Source: Entomortierella parvispora E1425 (lineage: Eukaryota; Fungi; Mortierellomycota). From it: a stretch of DNA of 64,000 bases. Where the stretch lies: contig BQFW01000008.1 in NCBI GenBank assembly GCA_020891255.1, positions 1,550,001 to 1,614,000 of the forward strand, written 5' to 3'. The notes below the pieces were generated by a model that was not told where the DNA came from, searched no databases, and saw only the letters and a program-made list of their open reading frames with translations. Position 1 is the first letter of the stretch. Each line of letters starts with the position of its first letter. The position numbers and the translations under genes are program-made. Of this stretch, positions 1-11,258 are shown piece by piece.

Positions 1-1030
1 TCTCGGAACCGAGTACGCCGGAGAGATGAAGAAGGGTGTCTTCACCATCATGCACTACCTCATGCCCAAGGCTGGTGTCCTCTCCCTCCACTCATCTGCT
101 AACCAGGGACCCCAGGGCGATACCTCTTTGTTCTTTGGATTGTCTGGAACTGGAAAGACCACCCTCTCTGCCGACCCCGCCCGCGCCTTGATCGGTGATG
201 ATGAGCACGTCTGGACCGACACTGGAGTTTTCAACATTGAGGGAGGATGCTACGCCAAGACCATTGACTTGTCTGCTGAGAAGGAGCCCGAGATCTTTGG
301 CGCCATTCGCTTCGGATCCGTCTTGGAGAACGTTGTCTTTGATGAGGATACCCGCGTTGTTGACTACACCGACAAGTCCTTGACCGAGAACACCCGCTGC
401 GCTTACCCCATCGAGTACATTCCCAACGCTCTCTTGCCCTGCATTGGTGCTCACCCCAAGAACATCATCATGTTGACCTGCGATGCCTTTGGTGTTCTCC
501 CCCCCGTCTCCAAGTTGACCTCCGCTCAGGCCATGTACCACTTCATCTCTGGATACACCGCCAAGATTGCCGGCACTGAGGAGGGTGTCACCGAGCCCGA
601 GGCCACCTTCTCGGCCTGCTTCGGTCAGCCCTTCTTGGTCCTCCACCCTACCCAGTACGCCACCATGCTCGCTGACAAGATCCACGAGCACAAGGCCAAC
701 GTCTGGTTGATCAACACTGGCTGGAACGGCGGTGCCTATGGTACCGGCAAGCGCATTGCCCTTAAGTACTCTCGCGCCATCATCGATGCCATCCACAACG
801 GTGAGCTCGCCACTGCCGAGTACGAGACCTACCCCATCTTTGGCCTCGATATCCCCAAGGCCGTCACCGGTGTCCCCGCCGAGGTCTTGAACCCCGCCAC
901 CGCCTGGCAGGGAACCGTTGAGGAGTTCAACGGCACCGTCGCCAAGCTCGCCACGCTCTTCAACGAGAACTTTGCCAAGTACCAGGATCAGGCCACTGAG
1001 GATGTCATTGCTGTTGGCCCCAAGATCTAA
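1..1030 (+). CDS. PCK1: Phosphoenolpyruvate carboxykinase (ATP), 3' part; gene begins before the window
   Basis: The frame is open from the window edge ([12 protein letters not shown]). It has the P-loop [16 protein letters not shown] and the motifs IGDDEH, EGGCYAK and NTRCAYP. Codon bias is strongly C-ending. Stop TAA ends at 1030. Confidence 0.97.
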   Translation, partial: LGTEYAGEMKKGVFTIMHYLMPKAGVLSLHSSANQGPQGDTSLFFGLSGTGKTTLSADPARALIGDDEHVWTDTGVFNIEGGCYAKTIDLSAEKEPEIFGAIRFGSVLENVVFDEDTRVVDYTDKSLTENTRCAYPIEYIPNALLPCIGAHPKNIIMLTCDAFGVLPPVSKLTSAQAMYHFISGYTAKIAGTEEGVTEPEATFSACFGQPFLVLHPTQYATMLADKIHEHKANVWLINTGWNGGAYGTGKRIALKYSRAIIDAIHNGELATAEYETYPIFGLDIPKAVTGVPAEVLNPATAWQGTVEEFNGTVAKLATLFNENFAKYQDQATEDVIAVGPKI

Positions 1031-1287
1031 ATCTCTCCCACTCTTTCGCATTAGCATTTTTTTTACCTTTCCATCATAATTATATCCCCCACTCTCTCAC
1101 CTCCACTCATCATTGTAAATAATAATAGACCCATTTTGGAAACAACAAAAAAAACCTTTGTTTGAGCCTTGTACAGTACTGTTGCACTGAATCCTTGAAC
1201 GCTGTACTTTGACTCCTGTCATTTATTCTCGCCACGAACAGTAAAAGAGGGAGGTGTGTTGGAGATGAAAGCCCAAGGCATCAGACT

Positions 1288-3250
1288 CTATTCTGAGTGT
1301 GTCAATTGCTCCAATTGAACCTCCAAAAGTCGGATCTTGACATCCCGCTGCGCCATCTGGTTCTTGAGATCCTCATTCTCTTGACGAAGTTTGTGATACG
1401 CCTCCTGGTAATCCTTGTCACTCTTGGGTGGAGCCACAACATGTTCCTCTCCGACCTGAGCGGCCGCACTTGAAGCCACAAACTCCTTCTTGGCCGACGC
1501 CGTAAAGCCCTTCTCGAGCGAGATCAATTTCGGCTCTGCACTTTCACCTCCAAACCAAGCATCGGCCGACAAGGACGCCTCGTCTCCGATCGTGTCTGGG
1601 AACAGATCGGCCTGAAACGAGTCGGACTATGTGGGATCCCCAAATTTGATGAAGACCAAAAATTAGCATTCCACAAAAGCAATGACCAAAAAAAAAAAAA
1701 AAAACGCCATGACATACCTTACGTGGGACCGTAAAGCTGATTGGCTCTACAATTCCGTTCGAGACCTTGTAAGCCCTGGCAATCTCGCAGTCGTTCACGT
1801 TCAAGGCGCGCTTAGGCATAAAGGCCATTCCACGCTGGGGAACATTTGAGCCAAACTCAGAGAGGGTATAGATTTCATCGCCCTCGTACTCAAAGTAACG
1901 AATATTGCCATCACTAAAGAAGGAGTGGGGAGGAAGGGGGAAAAAAAAGAAAAAGTTGGCTCAGTTCAATGTCATGAGCGGTCAAATATGGCTGCTTCCG
2001 GTCGATAGGTATCGTATCCCTCACCCTTTTCCTGCAAGATAGAGCATGTTGCTGTCGTGGTCGTAGAATGGCATGACCACACCCGAGGAAGTGTCGAGGT
2101 TGGTGGTGCGGAGATGGGTTTCCAGATTGGCAGCATCCCAGATGTTGACCTGCCGGTCAGACATTTTTGAGAATCCAGTGGTCGCCAATCGGGTTTCGCC
2201 CATCCAGACCACTCGAGAGCCTTTGACGCCTTGATGAGAATCGCCATGCTATACAGCAATTCCCATTATAGAAAAATATAACCAGAATGAGGCATAGTCC
2301 TGCAATGGGCATGGGCCGGTCAATAAGGACATGGGCTTGTACACTTACATGAACAATCTTGTTGCTACGAACATCAAAGACTCTTAGTTTCTTGTCGCGA
2401 CAAGTGGTAGCCACCAAGGTTCCGTTGTAGTTCCAGGCCACACTTTGAATCACCTCCAGATGGCCTGTAATCTCTTGCTTCTCCAACCCTTTCTCGACAT
2501 CCCAGAGTTTCATCGTCAGATCTGCAGAGGCTGAAAGGAGCACATTGTCCGCGACGGGATTAAATGCCACCTGACCGACTTTGCGGCCATGCGAGTTTAA
2601 TCGAACCAAGGGATCAATGTCCTCCTCTCCAAACTCTTTGGGGACATTGTATAGAAAGACTTTGCTGTCCTCTGAGGCAGAGGCGATCAGGTGGTCGTTG
2701 AAGGGCGAAAAGTCTGTGTCGAGGACCGCGGCTGAGTGACCTCGGAATAGAGGCAACGCATCAGAAATCTTGCCTACAGGAAGGTAACATTACCTGTCAG
2801 AGAGTTGGGATGGAACAAACTGACGGGACCCCAAGTGAAGTTCCTTCCAAGTTACCTGTCATGGAAAGCGGAATAACGGCGAAAGCGCCACCTCCACCAG
2901 AGTTCCAGTTCAAAGAGAAGAAGGACTATTCGATAGTTGTGACACGTAAGAGCATTGAGGACTTGCGCTATACGATCTCTTCTCTTTCAAAATTCTTGCC
3001 TCTTATGATGCAAAAACTTACAGGGTTGACCTTGATCAAGTTGGTATCCCAAGCGTTGCTCGAGACTTTGACATTGTCGTAACTCAACTCACGTCTTGCC
3101 GCCGTACCATAAACGTGTCTATCATAGTCGATTGGTTTGCTCTAAGCATTCTCTTCTCGATATCGAGCGTGTGGGTATAGAGAAAGAGTGAGACCAACGC
3201 GTGTTTTTTTCTTACCTATACTTGGACGCGCGAACGAACCTGCCGGACAT
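1288..3250 (-). CDS. CRN1: Coronin (WD40 actin-binding protein), multi-exon
   Basis: Exon 1 ATG at 3250 gives MSGRFVRASKYR, spliced to HVYGTAARRELSYDNVKVS. Later exons give GGGAFAVIPL, LFRGHSAAVLDTDFSPF, DTSSGVVMPFYD, EPISFTVPRK/SDSFQADLFPDT and a C-terminal coiled coil (ORF 1288-1572). Introns are GT-AG. Confidence 0.96.
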
Positions 3251-3774
3251 CCTTGAGCAAGAAGAATAAAAATAGAGACAGAAGAGTTAAGCACCACAGA
3301 AGAAGGCAAGATTACTGCAACTCAATGGTTGCCAAATGGAAAACGAACATTCATTCAGCGCGCAGTAGACAGTTACATCCATTTACTTTTGACAAATAAA
3401 AAAAGGGCTGCTGGAGTGAATGAATGCGAATGCTAGGCGATGAGCAAAGAGAACGTGGAAAGGAAGCGTGGACAAAGGAAAGAGAAGGGGCAGAAAGAAA
3501 GCGTGGGAGACACACCAAGGAAGAAGCAGGGGGCTCGATCCATGCTCGTCCTTTTCCACCCATGCAGATGCGTCAGGCGCGCGTCTCCTTTTGGTGCCTG
3601 TGTCGACTCGAACACAGATGGCCATGCGCACAGACAGCCCACTCCACTTCTTTTCTTCTGCTTTCCCCCCTTTCCTTTGCTTCTCTTTGCTCTTTGTTTT
3701 GGAGAGGTCCTTTTATTCTCATGACTATTGTACATTGGGGGAGGATGTGAACGAACAGGGGGCCAGATTGGAGA

Positions 3775-4834
3775 TCAATACTCGTCATCTGTTCCTTCGT
3801 CCGAACCATAGTCGCGGCCAAAGATGGACTTTTTCTTCAGATTCCGCTTTTCTTTCTTGCTATCGTCCTCGATCACGCCCACAGTCTTGTATCTCAACTC
3901 GAGCATCGACGTCTGAAAGTTGTCCGTGTTGCCCAACTCCTCAAAGCCAACCAAACGATCCACTGCAATACCATCCGTGAACGAAATGACACAGGGCAAG
4001 ACCTTAACTTGCAGCTTCTCAACCAAAAAGGGAGCGTTCTCGACTTTGATCTTGACAAACTTGGTCTTGATGTGCTTCTTGGCCAAGGTCTAAAGGAGAC
4101 GAGTGAAGAAACAAGGTCGCATTAGCATCTCCTTCCACTTTGATCGGTCAGATTCAAGGGGGATTTGACCCATGTCTTTGCAATGCTTTACCTCCAGATG
4201 CTTGTCTACAATCATGCAGCGTCTAAAGTCCGAGTGATAAAAGTGGATGACACAGTGCTTGGTCTTTGTCGTAATGTCCATGACCTCCTTTTCGTCCGTT
4301 AAATCCTTGTACGAACCATGTTCGTTCTCCATCATCAATTTCCTCTTGGCGACCCTATTTTGTTGGATCCAAAAGAATGTCAGATCTCGGTCAAAAAAAT
4401 CCTTTTGAACTGAACGAATAAACGATGGCAGCTCATCACTTTACTCTTCCTTCAGCTCCTCGATCCGCTGTTCACGGAAGCTGGCCATGCCATAGTCATC
4501 ATTTTCGAGTTCCTCAAATAGCTCATCGTCATCCAAATCCTTGTCCTCGTCCTGGGCATCGATCGTGTCATCCTCTACCAGTCGTCGGCTGTTATGATCC
4601 TCTGTTGAAGCATTGCTGTTTGGATTTGGATTTCCATGGGTCGAGAGAAGGAAGAGGGAAAGACAGAGTCAGAAAGCAAGTTGATGAGTCTGGTTCCCAA
4701 GATGATGGCGTTTATTTTAGGCAGAGATGGAAGTCTAACCTGAATGCACCAGTGGGTGCCTGGGTGGCCTTTCCGGATGGTTCCTGAGCAGGAGCGGGTC
4801 CTCCTGCGGCAGCGGGTGGTGCAATGTCGGCCAT
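3775..4834 (-). CDS. PLP1: Phosducin-like / thioredoxin-domain protein 9 (Plp1 type), multi-exon
   Basis: ATG at 4834 (MADIAPP..GAF) splices 4740 to 4615 in frame into an acidic segment (DDDELFEELENDD..FREQRIEELKEE). Then come HGSYKDL..VIHFYHSDFRRCMIVDKHLE and FVKIKVENAPFLVEKLQVKVLPCVISF..DRLVGFEELG. Confidence 0.9.
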
Positions 4835-5839
4835 GGTATAATGAGAGAGAGAATGAGAGAGAAAAAGAGATGAATTGGTGGCGGGGTGATGAGCAAGATC
4901 AAGGACTGGTGACCTGTGGACTTTGGCAAAGTCGGTCAGGGACAAAAGGGACGACGCGCGTGCACAAGCCACACCTTGGATCCTCGATTTTGGATTTTGG
5001 ATTTTGGATCCAACGGTCGAGGCCGCGCTTTTTTTTTTTTTTTTTTCCTTTCTTTTTTTTTTCCTTCTTTCTCGCAGAAGAGGGGAACCTCGCCAAGAGG
5101 ACCAAGAAAGAGCAAGAGATCTCATCTTTCGCTTTCGCTTGGCGTGGTTCATGCACGGACTTGCCCACCTGTTTCATGAAATTCCAGAAAGAGATCAGAG
5201 CGAGAGAGACAGAAGTAGAAAGGATGTGGTCTCGTCGTTTGTTTGTCTTTTGTGGCTACATTTTCGTTTTCATCTATTTTTCATGTTCGTCATGCTTGCA
5301 TGCTTCAATGACGGACCTAACCATCTGGCCTTTTGAACAATTGAATCTTTGGGGGGGGGGGGGGAAGGGTGCAAAGAAAAGCATAGGCCTAAAAAATGAG
5401 TTTTTGTTTGTTTTATTCGGATCGTAATAATATTTTTGTGGTGCGGGTGAGTGAGTGAATGAAAGAGTGTGAGTGGTGAGTGTGTGTGTATTGTATCGGG
5501 GTGCAGTGTGTAGGGACGTAAATCGGTAGGCGCTGGCTTTCTTGGTTGAACATAAACACGTTGAAAAGAAAAAAAACCACGAGTTTGAAACGGAAAAAAA
5601 AAGGAAAAAAAGTTCCAGCTTCGTGCGCTGTCGATTGACGTATTATACAAGCGAGAAAAGGAGAGAAAACGATGGAATGAAGAAGATGAGTAGATGAGTT
5701 TTGGTAGAGAGAGAGAGAGAGGGAGAGAAGAGAAGAGCAAGAGTTCCAGCAGTGTTCCCGGTGTATATTCTCTTGTTTTTTGCTTTTTTTTTTCTTTTTT
5801 CTTTTTTCTTTTGATGTAAAGAGGAGATTGGTAGCCATT

Positions 5840-6879
5840 TCAATCAAAGTCCAACAGGTCTCGACTGCGGTCGTTCATGATCTCCATCAGACTCAGGACG
5901 CTGGTCAACAACAGAATCTGGAGTCCATTCTTGTCTAGAACATTGGCTGTAGGCGCGTTAAAGATGATGAGCTTATCCGAAGCCCCGACATGGCTGCTGT
6001 GCAACCGAGCAATCCTCGAGGGGGGTGTCGTGCTTGTCGTGTGGCAAACCAAGACATCCGCGCCGGGTTGCGCGTGGATTCCATGGCCGCCCGCGGCCGT
6101 CCATTGATAGATTCGACCTTCAAACTCAAAGGCCCAGCAGACGTTCACGGGATGATGTTGATGGTTCGAGTCCGTGGTGTTGTACCGACCGTCGGCTCGG
6201 TCATCATCTTCATCTCCAGGCTGGTAGATCAAGGGCACTTTGCCTCCACCCCCGTTCTTCTCTACAGCTTTCTTGAACGCAACCATGTCTCGGAACTGGA
6301 CATTAATATCCTTTTCATCCGTGGTCAGGTACAGATCCAGGAGATGCTCTCCTTTGTTCTTGACCTTGCACACCTGTGCGTTCTTGTAATCCTTCATGGT
6401 CATATTTCTGTTCGTACTATCGGATCTCGATTGGAATGTGTAGGCCTCCTTCTTGTTGTCCGACTGAATCTTGATCTTGGGCGTCAACAGGCCCGCGGCC
6501 GTGAGCGAGAACGCTGTGGACGGGGACATGGATGCAATAAAAGGTGTGGGGTCGGATCGGCCTAAGGTGGGAAGAGTACGATTCATGGACGTTGTAGGAA
6601 CCACTACACTGATCGGAATTTGCTTCTTGAAGAAAAAATTCGACAGGACTTGTGCTTGAGTCTGAAGAGGTGTGGATGAGTTTGCAATCGGGTGAAGATA
6701 CGTCTATTGTCATGGGGGGTTTTTTAAAAGAGAGAAAAGTTTGAACCGCGATTAATGTCTTTTTCTTCAAAGTGGAATGAGAAGAGGAGGAAGGAGGAAG
6801 AAGAGTGGAGGTTTACTTTGTTGTTTGAGAAAGGAGAGGAGAGACGGGATGGTGAGGTGAGAAAGTACGACATTGGCAT
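5840..6879 (-). CDS. Hypothetical protein, about 308 aa with two exons (6879-6817, 6703-5840); possible tubby/LURP-like beta-barrel (DUF6593-like)
   Basis: The frame is open exactly up to a CAATAG acceptor at 6704. A 63-nt ATG exon ending AAA/GTAAAC (intron 6816-6704) joins it in phase 0. Protein-like composition, with WAFEFEGRIYQW and a C-terminal hydrophobic helix (LQILLLTSVLSLMEIM). The fold assignment is inference. Confidence 0.75.
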
Positions 6880-9800
6880 AGGGACTGTTCAATTCTCAAG
6901 GAGAGTGGGAAGGAGGAAAAGCAGGAAAATCTACGCGAGTCGATGTGTGCAACGATTGTGAGAATCCGAGAATCAGGAGCAGGAGACTCCAAGGAAAGGC
7001 AGAAAAGAGCAGAGGAGGAAAAAGAGTACGATGAGGAGCGAGGGGAAAGATGGAGAAAGAGGGGAGAAAGAAAGACGAGAGAGCAGATAGCAAGAAAAGT
7101 GGCAAAGGGGTGGGGGGTGAGGGTGAGAGGAAAGAAGAGCCAATCTGCGAGAAAAAGAGCCGAGAAGGAGAAGGAGGAGAAGGAGTGCAGGGACCGTTGC
7201 GATTGAATAAAAAGCAGGCGATGCAAGTGGACAAGAGGGAGCCTCCGTTCTTGCATGGACCCCACGATGCCCGCAAGAAATTGTCCCGATCCTCAAACAA
7301 CTCCTTCACGACTGAGGGGAGCGGATCGAGCGACCAAAAAAAATTATAATTAAGAGCTCCAGCAATAAAGCGAACGGGTGCGGAAACAACAGCATCAAAG
7401 GAAAATTGACAAAAAAAAGGAGGTAGAGTTCAGGACCACCCACAAGGAGAAATGGACTGCCCAATCCAATTGGGGACGGAGACTTGTCACGAACTGAAGT
7501 TCTTTTGGACCCAAAAGAAAAAAGGGACCGAGGAAATGAGTGAACCAACGACAAGTCAGCGCTTGGCTGCTTTTGTTTGCGAGAGCCGTCCGTCTGTCTC
7601 TCATCACCCATTCTCTCACAAGGAGCAAAACGGTCAGAGAAAGCAGTTATCTCTTTTTGCCAGATCGAGAACAATCTTAGCTAACAGGGGGGAAAGCAGA
7701 GGGAATGTTGAAGGGACAGGTGGAAAAAGCGAGGTGGAAGCCACACAGGAACTGGATCCTTGTACCCTTCACACTTCAGACTTAATTCTTTACTCACATG
7801 AAGGATCAATTGAGTCCTGAGCGCGAAAAGCAGTAACGGGATCGTCGCGAAAATGAAATGAGGTAATGCAAATCGAGGCAACAGCAGGGGATCCGACGCG
7901 AAGAGGAAGCGATGGAAGAGAAGATTGCAGGTCAGGCGTCGCGTTGTTGGGTGAAATGACCAGACGAACGAAGCGGCGCGGAAAAGAGGGTGGCGGCGCA
8001 GTTAGGGAGTGTCGACGAAGAAAAGCTTCGAGGTTCAGAGAGGAGAGGAGAGGGGATGGGTGTTTGACCGAGAAAAAAATGTTGTGAGAAAAGTGGAGAA
8101 AGGTGCACCTTTTTATATTGCGATGGAGAGATCGCAGTTGCATTGCATCGGTTTAATAAAGCCCGCACGACCATCCCATCGGGCAAATGCATCCAAAAAG
8201 TTAGTTGAGAACACAGAAATTGAGGGGGGCAGAGGATGAGGGGCGGAGGGACGCACAAGAAAAGAGACTGTAAATAGATCGGGACCGTGGGCTTGAACTT
8301 TGGTCGGATATATGGAGAATGAATAGTTCTTCTTGCTCATGCAATGGCCTTCCAACCAGATCATTTTTACCAGAAAAAAAGAGGATCTGGGAAGCATCCA
8401 CAACACTGAGCACTGAACCATTCAAAGTTCATCTTGTGCTATCTATGTCTCCAATAGGCTTTTGGCAAGGCTCAAGAGAGCCAACGGAGAGACTCTTCCG
8501 GATGAAAAAGATCCCAAAAGGCTGCAATCTCGTTCATCGCAGCATTCGGGAAGTAGCACTCTTTGCCTTTAGTTTTGTATGAACAATAATTCAAAAAACG
8601 AGGGAGGAAGAGGAGGAAGAGAAGGGACACAGGCGACAGAGGAGAGCATCTGTCCGTGAGCAATGGAGGAATCTCAACAACGCGTACGCAGAAGTCAAGT
8701 CAGTCCCTCGTACCTGTTACTCAACCGTCCGGTGCCCTCTTTCATTCATTCTATCCATTCCTGTCGAGCCACTCACCAAAGATATACAGAGACACCGAGA
8801 GCAAGCAGCTCCAACAACATCGAGAGCAGAACGGAGAGGCAAGAGGAGTCTGGAAAGAAAAAAAAGGGGGCAGAACAAGGAACTTGCATTGTATGCATTT
8901 CGCATGCTTCGTGTTTCCTTTGGGGAGAACAGCATGTCTGCCGAAGGCGTGGCGACCTCGATCGAGATCTGTGTCCAAAGGAAAGGTGTTGACAATCGTT
9001 GAGCGACTTCATTGCTCCGAATGGGTTCTGCGCAACAGGCACAGAAAGAACCCAAGGATTTTGCATTATTGAGGTCCTCCCGTTTCCTTCTCCAGCGTTT
9101 GTTTATGCCCACTTCCATCTTTTTTTTTTTTTTTTGTATTCGTTCCGTTTTTCAGTTTTGCCAGTTGCATTTGTTTGTTTGTTGCTATCATGCATTAATT
9201 TGAAGCATTGTCGTCCACTATCATTAACTCCAAGGAACGAGAGATATACCCCCACCCCTCCCCCCACACAGCCAGAGCTTCGCGCGTTTCCCATGCTCGA
9301 TGCATTGACCTTCTCAGGACCAAATGCACGAATTACCGCTTTTTGACCCTCCCGGGGTCCAAACTGCACGTTTGTGAGATGGTCAGAGTCCCTTCCTTAC
9401 AGAAAAAGACGCGTTCCTTGCTGTAGGCAAATAAAGGAAATAGCAATACTAAATCAAGGGACTGCACAGCAAAACACGAAAAAAAGGGATGAGTTGAGTT
9501 CAAAGAAGACTGCTCTTGTATGGACTGGATAGCAATGACGCTCTTGGCCCCATACATCCCTTGGGGTCTGGTGGTCTACCCTTCCCGTCGGGGAGCAAAA
9601 AAACAACAACAACCAAAAAAACAAAAACAAAAAAGAAAGGGAGAGGGGAAAGGGGAGAGGCAGCCCAGATAGCGTTCTGCAGATCCATCCTCTCATGTCG
9701 TACTGTAGGATTGGACCTAGGACATTTGAATCAGGAGAAAGGGCCCAACGTCCGAATGCCAACATCGACAAACGGCAGTAGCTAAGCACTTTTGGGTTCC

Positions 9801-11258
9801 ACCCTCAAACACTATTAACGCGACCTGTCTTCCACCTTGGCTCCTTTTTTGCACAGCTTGGCCAATTCGCTCAAGTGCCCAGAGTCCAGTAATGGCGCAA
9901 GTTATAAACTGCTTGCATTTCATGGTAGGACTTGATCCAAGAGCGAGTTCATGCAGGAAAAAATGAAAGCCATATGCAGTCCACGCCTTGGAGACTTCAT
10001 TACTTCATTTCTTGAGGTCAAGGCTGAATGGCCGATGAATGGATCGGTTCCCTTCTCTTCCCTTTAATTCCCTTCCCTTCCTTTTCTGTTTCCTTCCAGT
10101 CCCCCTAGCCCCTGAGGCCTTTTTGGTGCGCTCTGACATTGGTAGGGACTTCGCGTGGCAGGAGTGTATGGCAGGAGGGCATTGGCATAGCCGATATTAA
10201 GCGGAAGGGCAGGTAGAGGGGCAGAGAGACAAGTAAAGAAGTAGTGTAATGCAAAGCCCTTTACTGCCCAGGGCTGATTGGAGTGGCAACTCCGCGTTTT
10301 TTTTCCCTTTGGTCTTTGTTCTTCCCCCCCAACCTTCCGATGCAAGTCGGCTTAATTCTGTTGCATGATTTGGTGAAGACCCCAGAGGAGGATCCTGTGA
10401 CTGAACAGGAACGGGGCGATGGAGGCTGCGCGAGTGTGTCTTCCCAGCTGGTGCATGTCAGGGCCATAAAAAACCAAAGTCCGGGTTCTGTTTGGGCGGG
10501 GTAAGGTGACCTGTCGAAGAATCAAGGGGCAAAAAGAATGGCGCGTACGCCCATTGCGCGCGCTCTTCCCATATTTAGAGATCAGTGGTTCGTTTTCTTG
10601 TTTTCAAGCACGGTAGTCAAAGGCTCTTCCACCCAAGGTACCTCTCTCTCCCTCTCGCGCGCAGACTCAATGCCGAGAGCAACAAAAGATAAAATAAAGA
10701 AGTGACCGAGAGCACGTTGTCCAACGGACAGGCAGCCACCCCCCTGTTCTTTTTTTCTTGTTTCAACTCATGCGCATATTGTGACCAGCAAAAGGTTCTT
10801 TCCTCACTCTCTCGCCCACAGTCCTTGTACTTTATCCGAAGGATATCGTATCGCGTGGCAGTTCTCTTTGCAGAGAGGGTGCCGTTGCTGGGAGTGGCAC
10901 TGCAAACGACAACAACCAGCTGCCAAAAGCGATGATCTTGTGGTGTATTCTTCTAGAGGGTTCAATTGAAAGGTGCGCCTTGGCCATGCCAATATTGATG
11001 CGAGATCTACCCCTGAAAGGGAAAAAAAACAAGCGATCCATCCCCACCCTCATTTTTTACCATTGAACTAAGCCATGCGCTTTTCATTTTCATCCTGCAT
11101 ATCGCAACCCCTGAACAAAGAGTAAAAACAACAACAGGACAAGGTCACCCCGGTTGGAGAGGCCCAGTAGTTTCAATACAGACTGGCCCTTTACACGCAA
11201 AGAGCGAGATAGGTATAATCATAACGGGAATTCTTTTTGATTTAAAGAGCTCAATAGA

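Noticed and set aside
1019-1030. PEPCK C-terminus GPKI* as a possible peroxisomal PTS1 variant
   Set aside because: Poor match to the (S/A/C)(K/R/H)(L/M) consensus; the terminal GP is a general PEPCK feature; the stop is TAA without a readthrough context.
92-1057. 321-aa antisense ORF over PEPCK
   Set aside because: Shadow ORF produced by the strong C-ending codon bias of a highly expressed gene; no motif.
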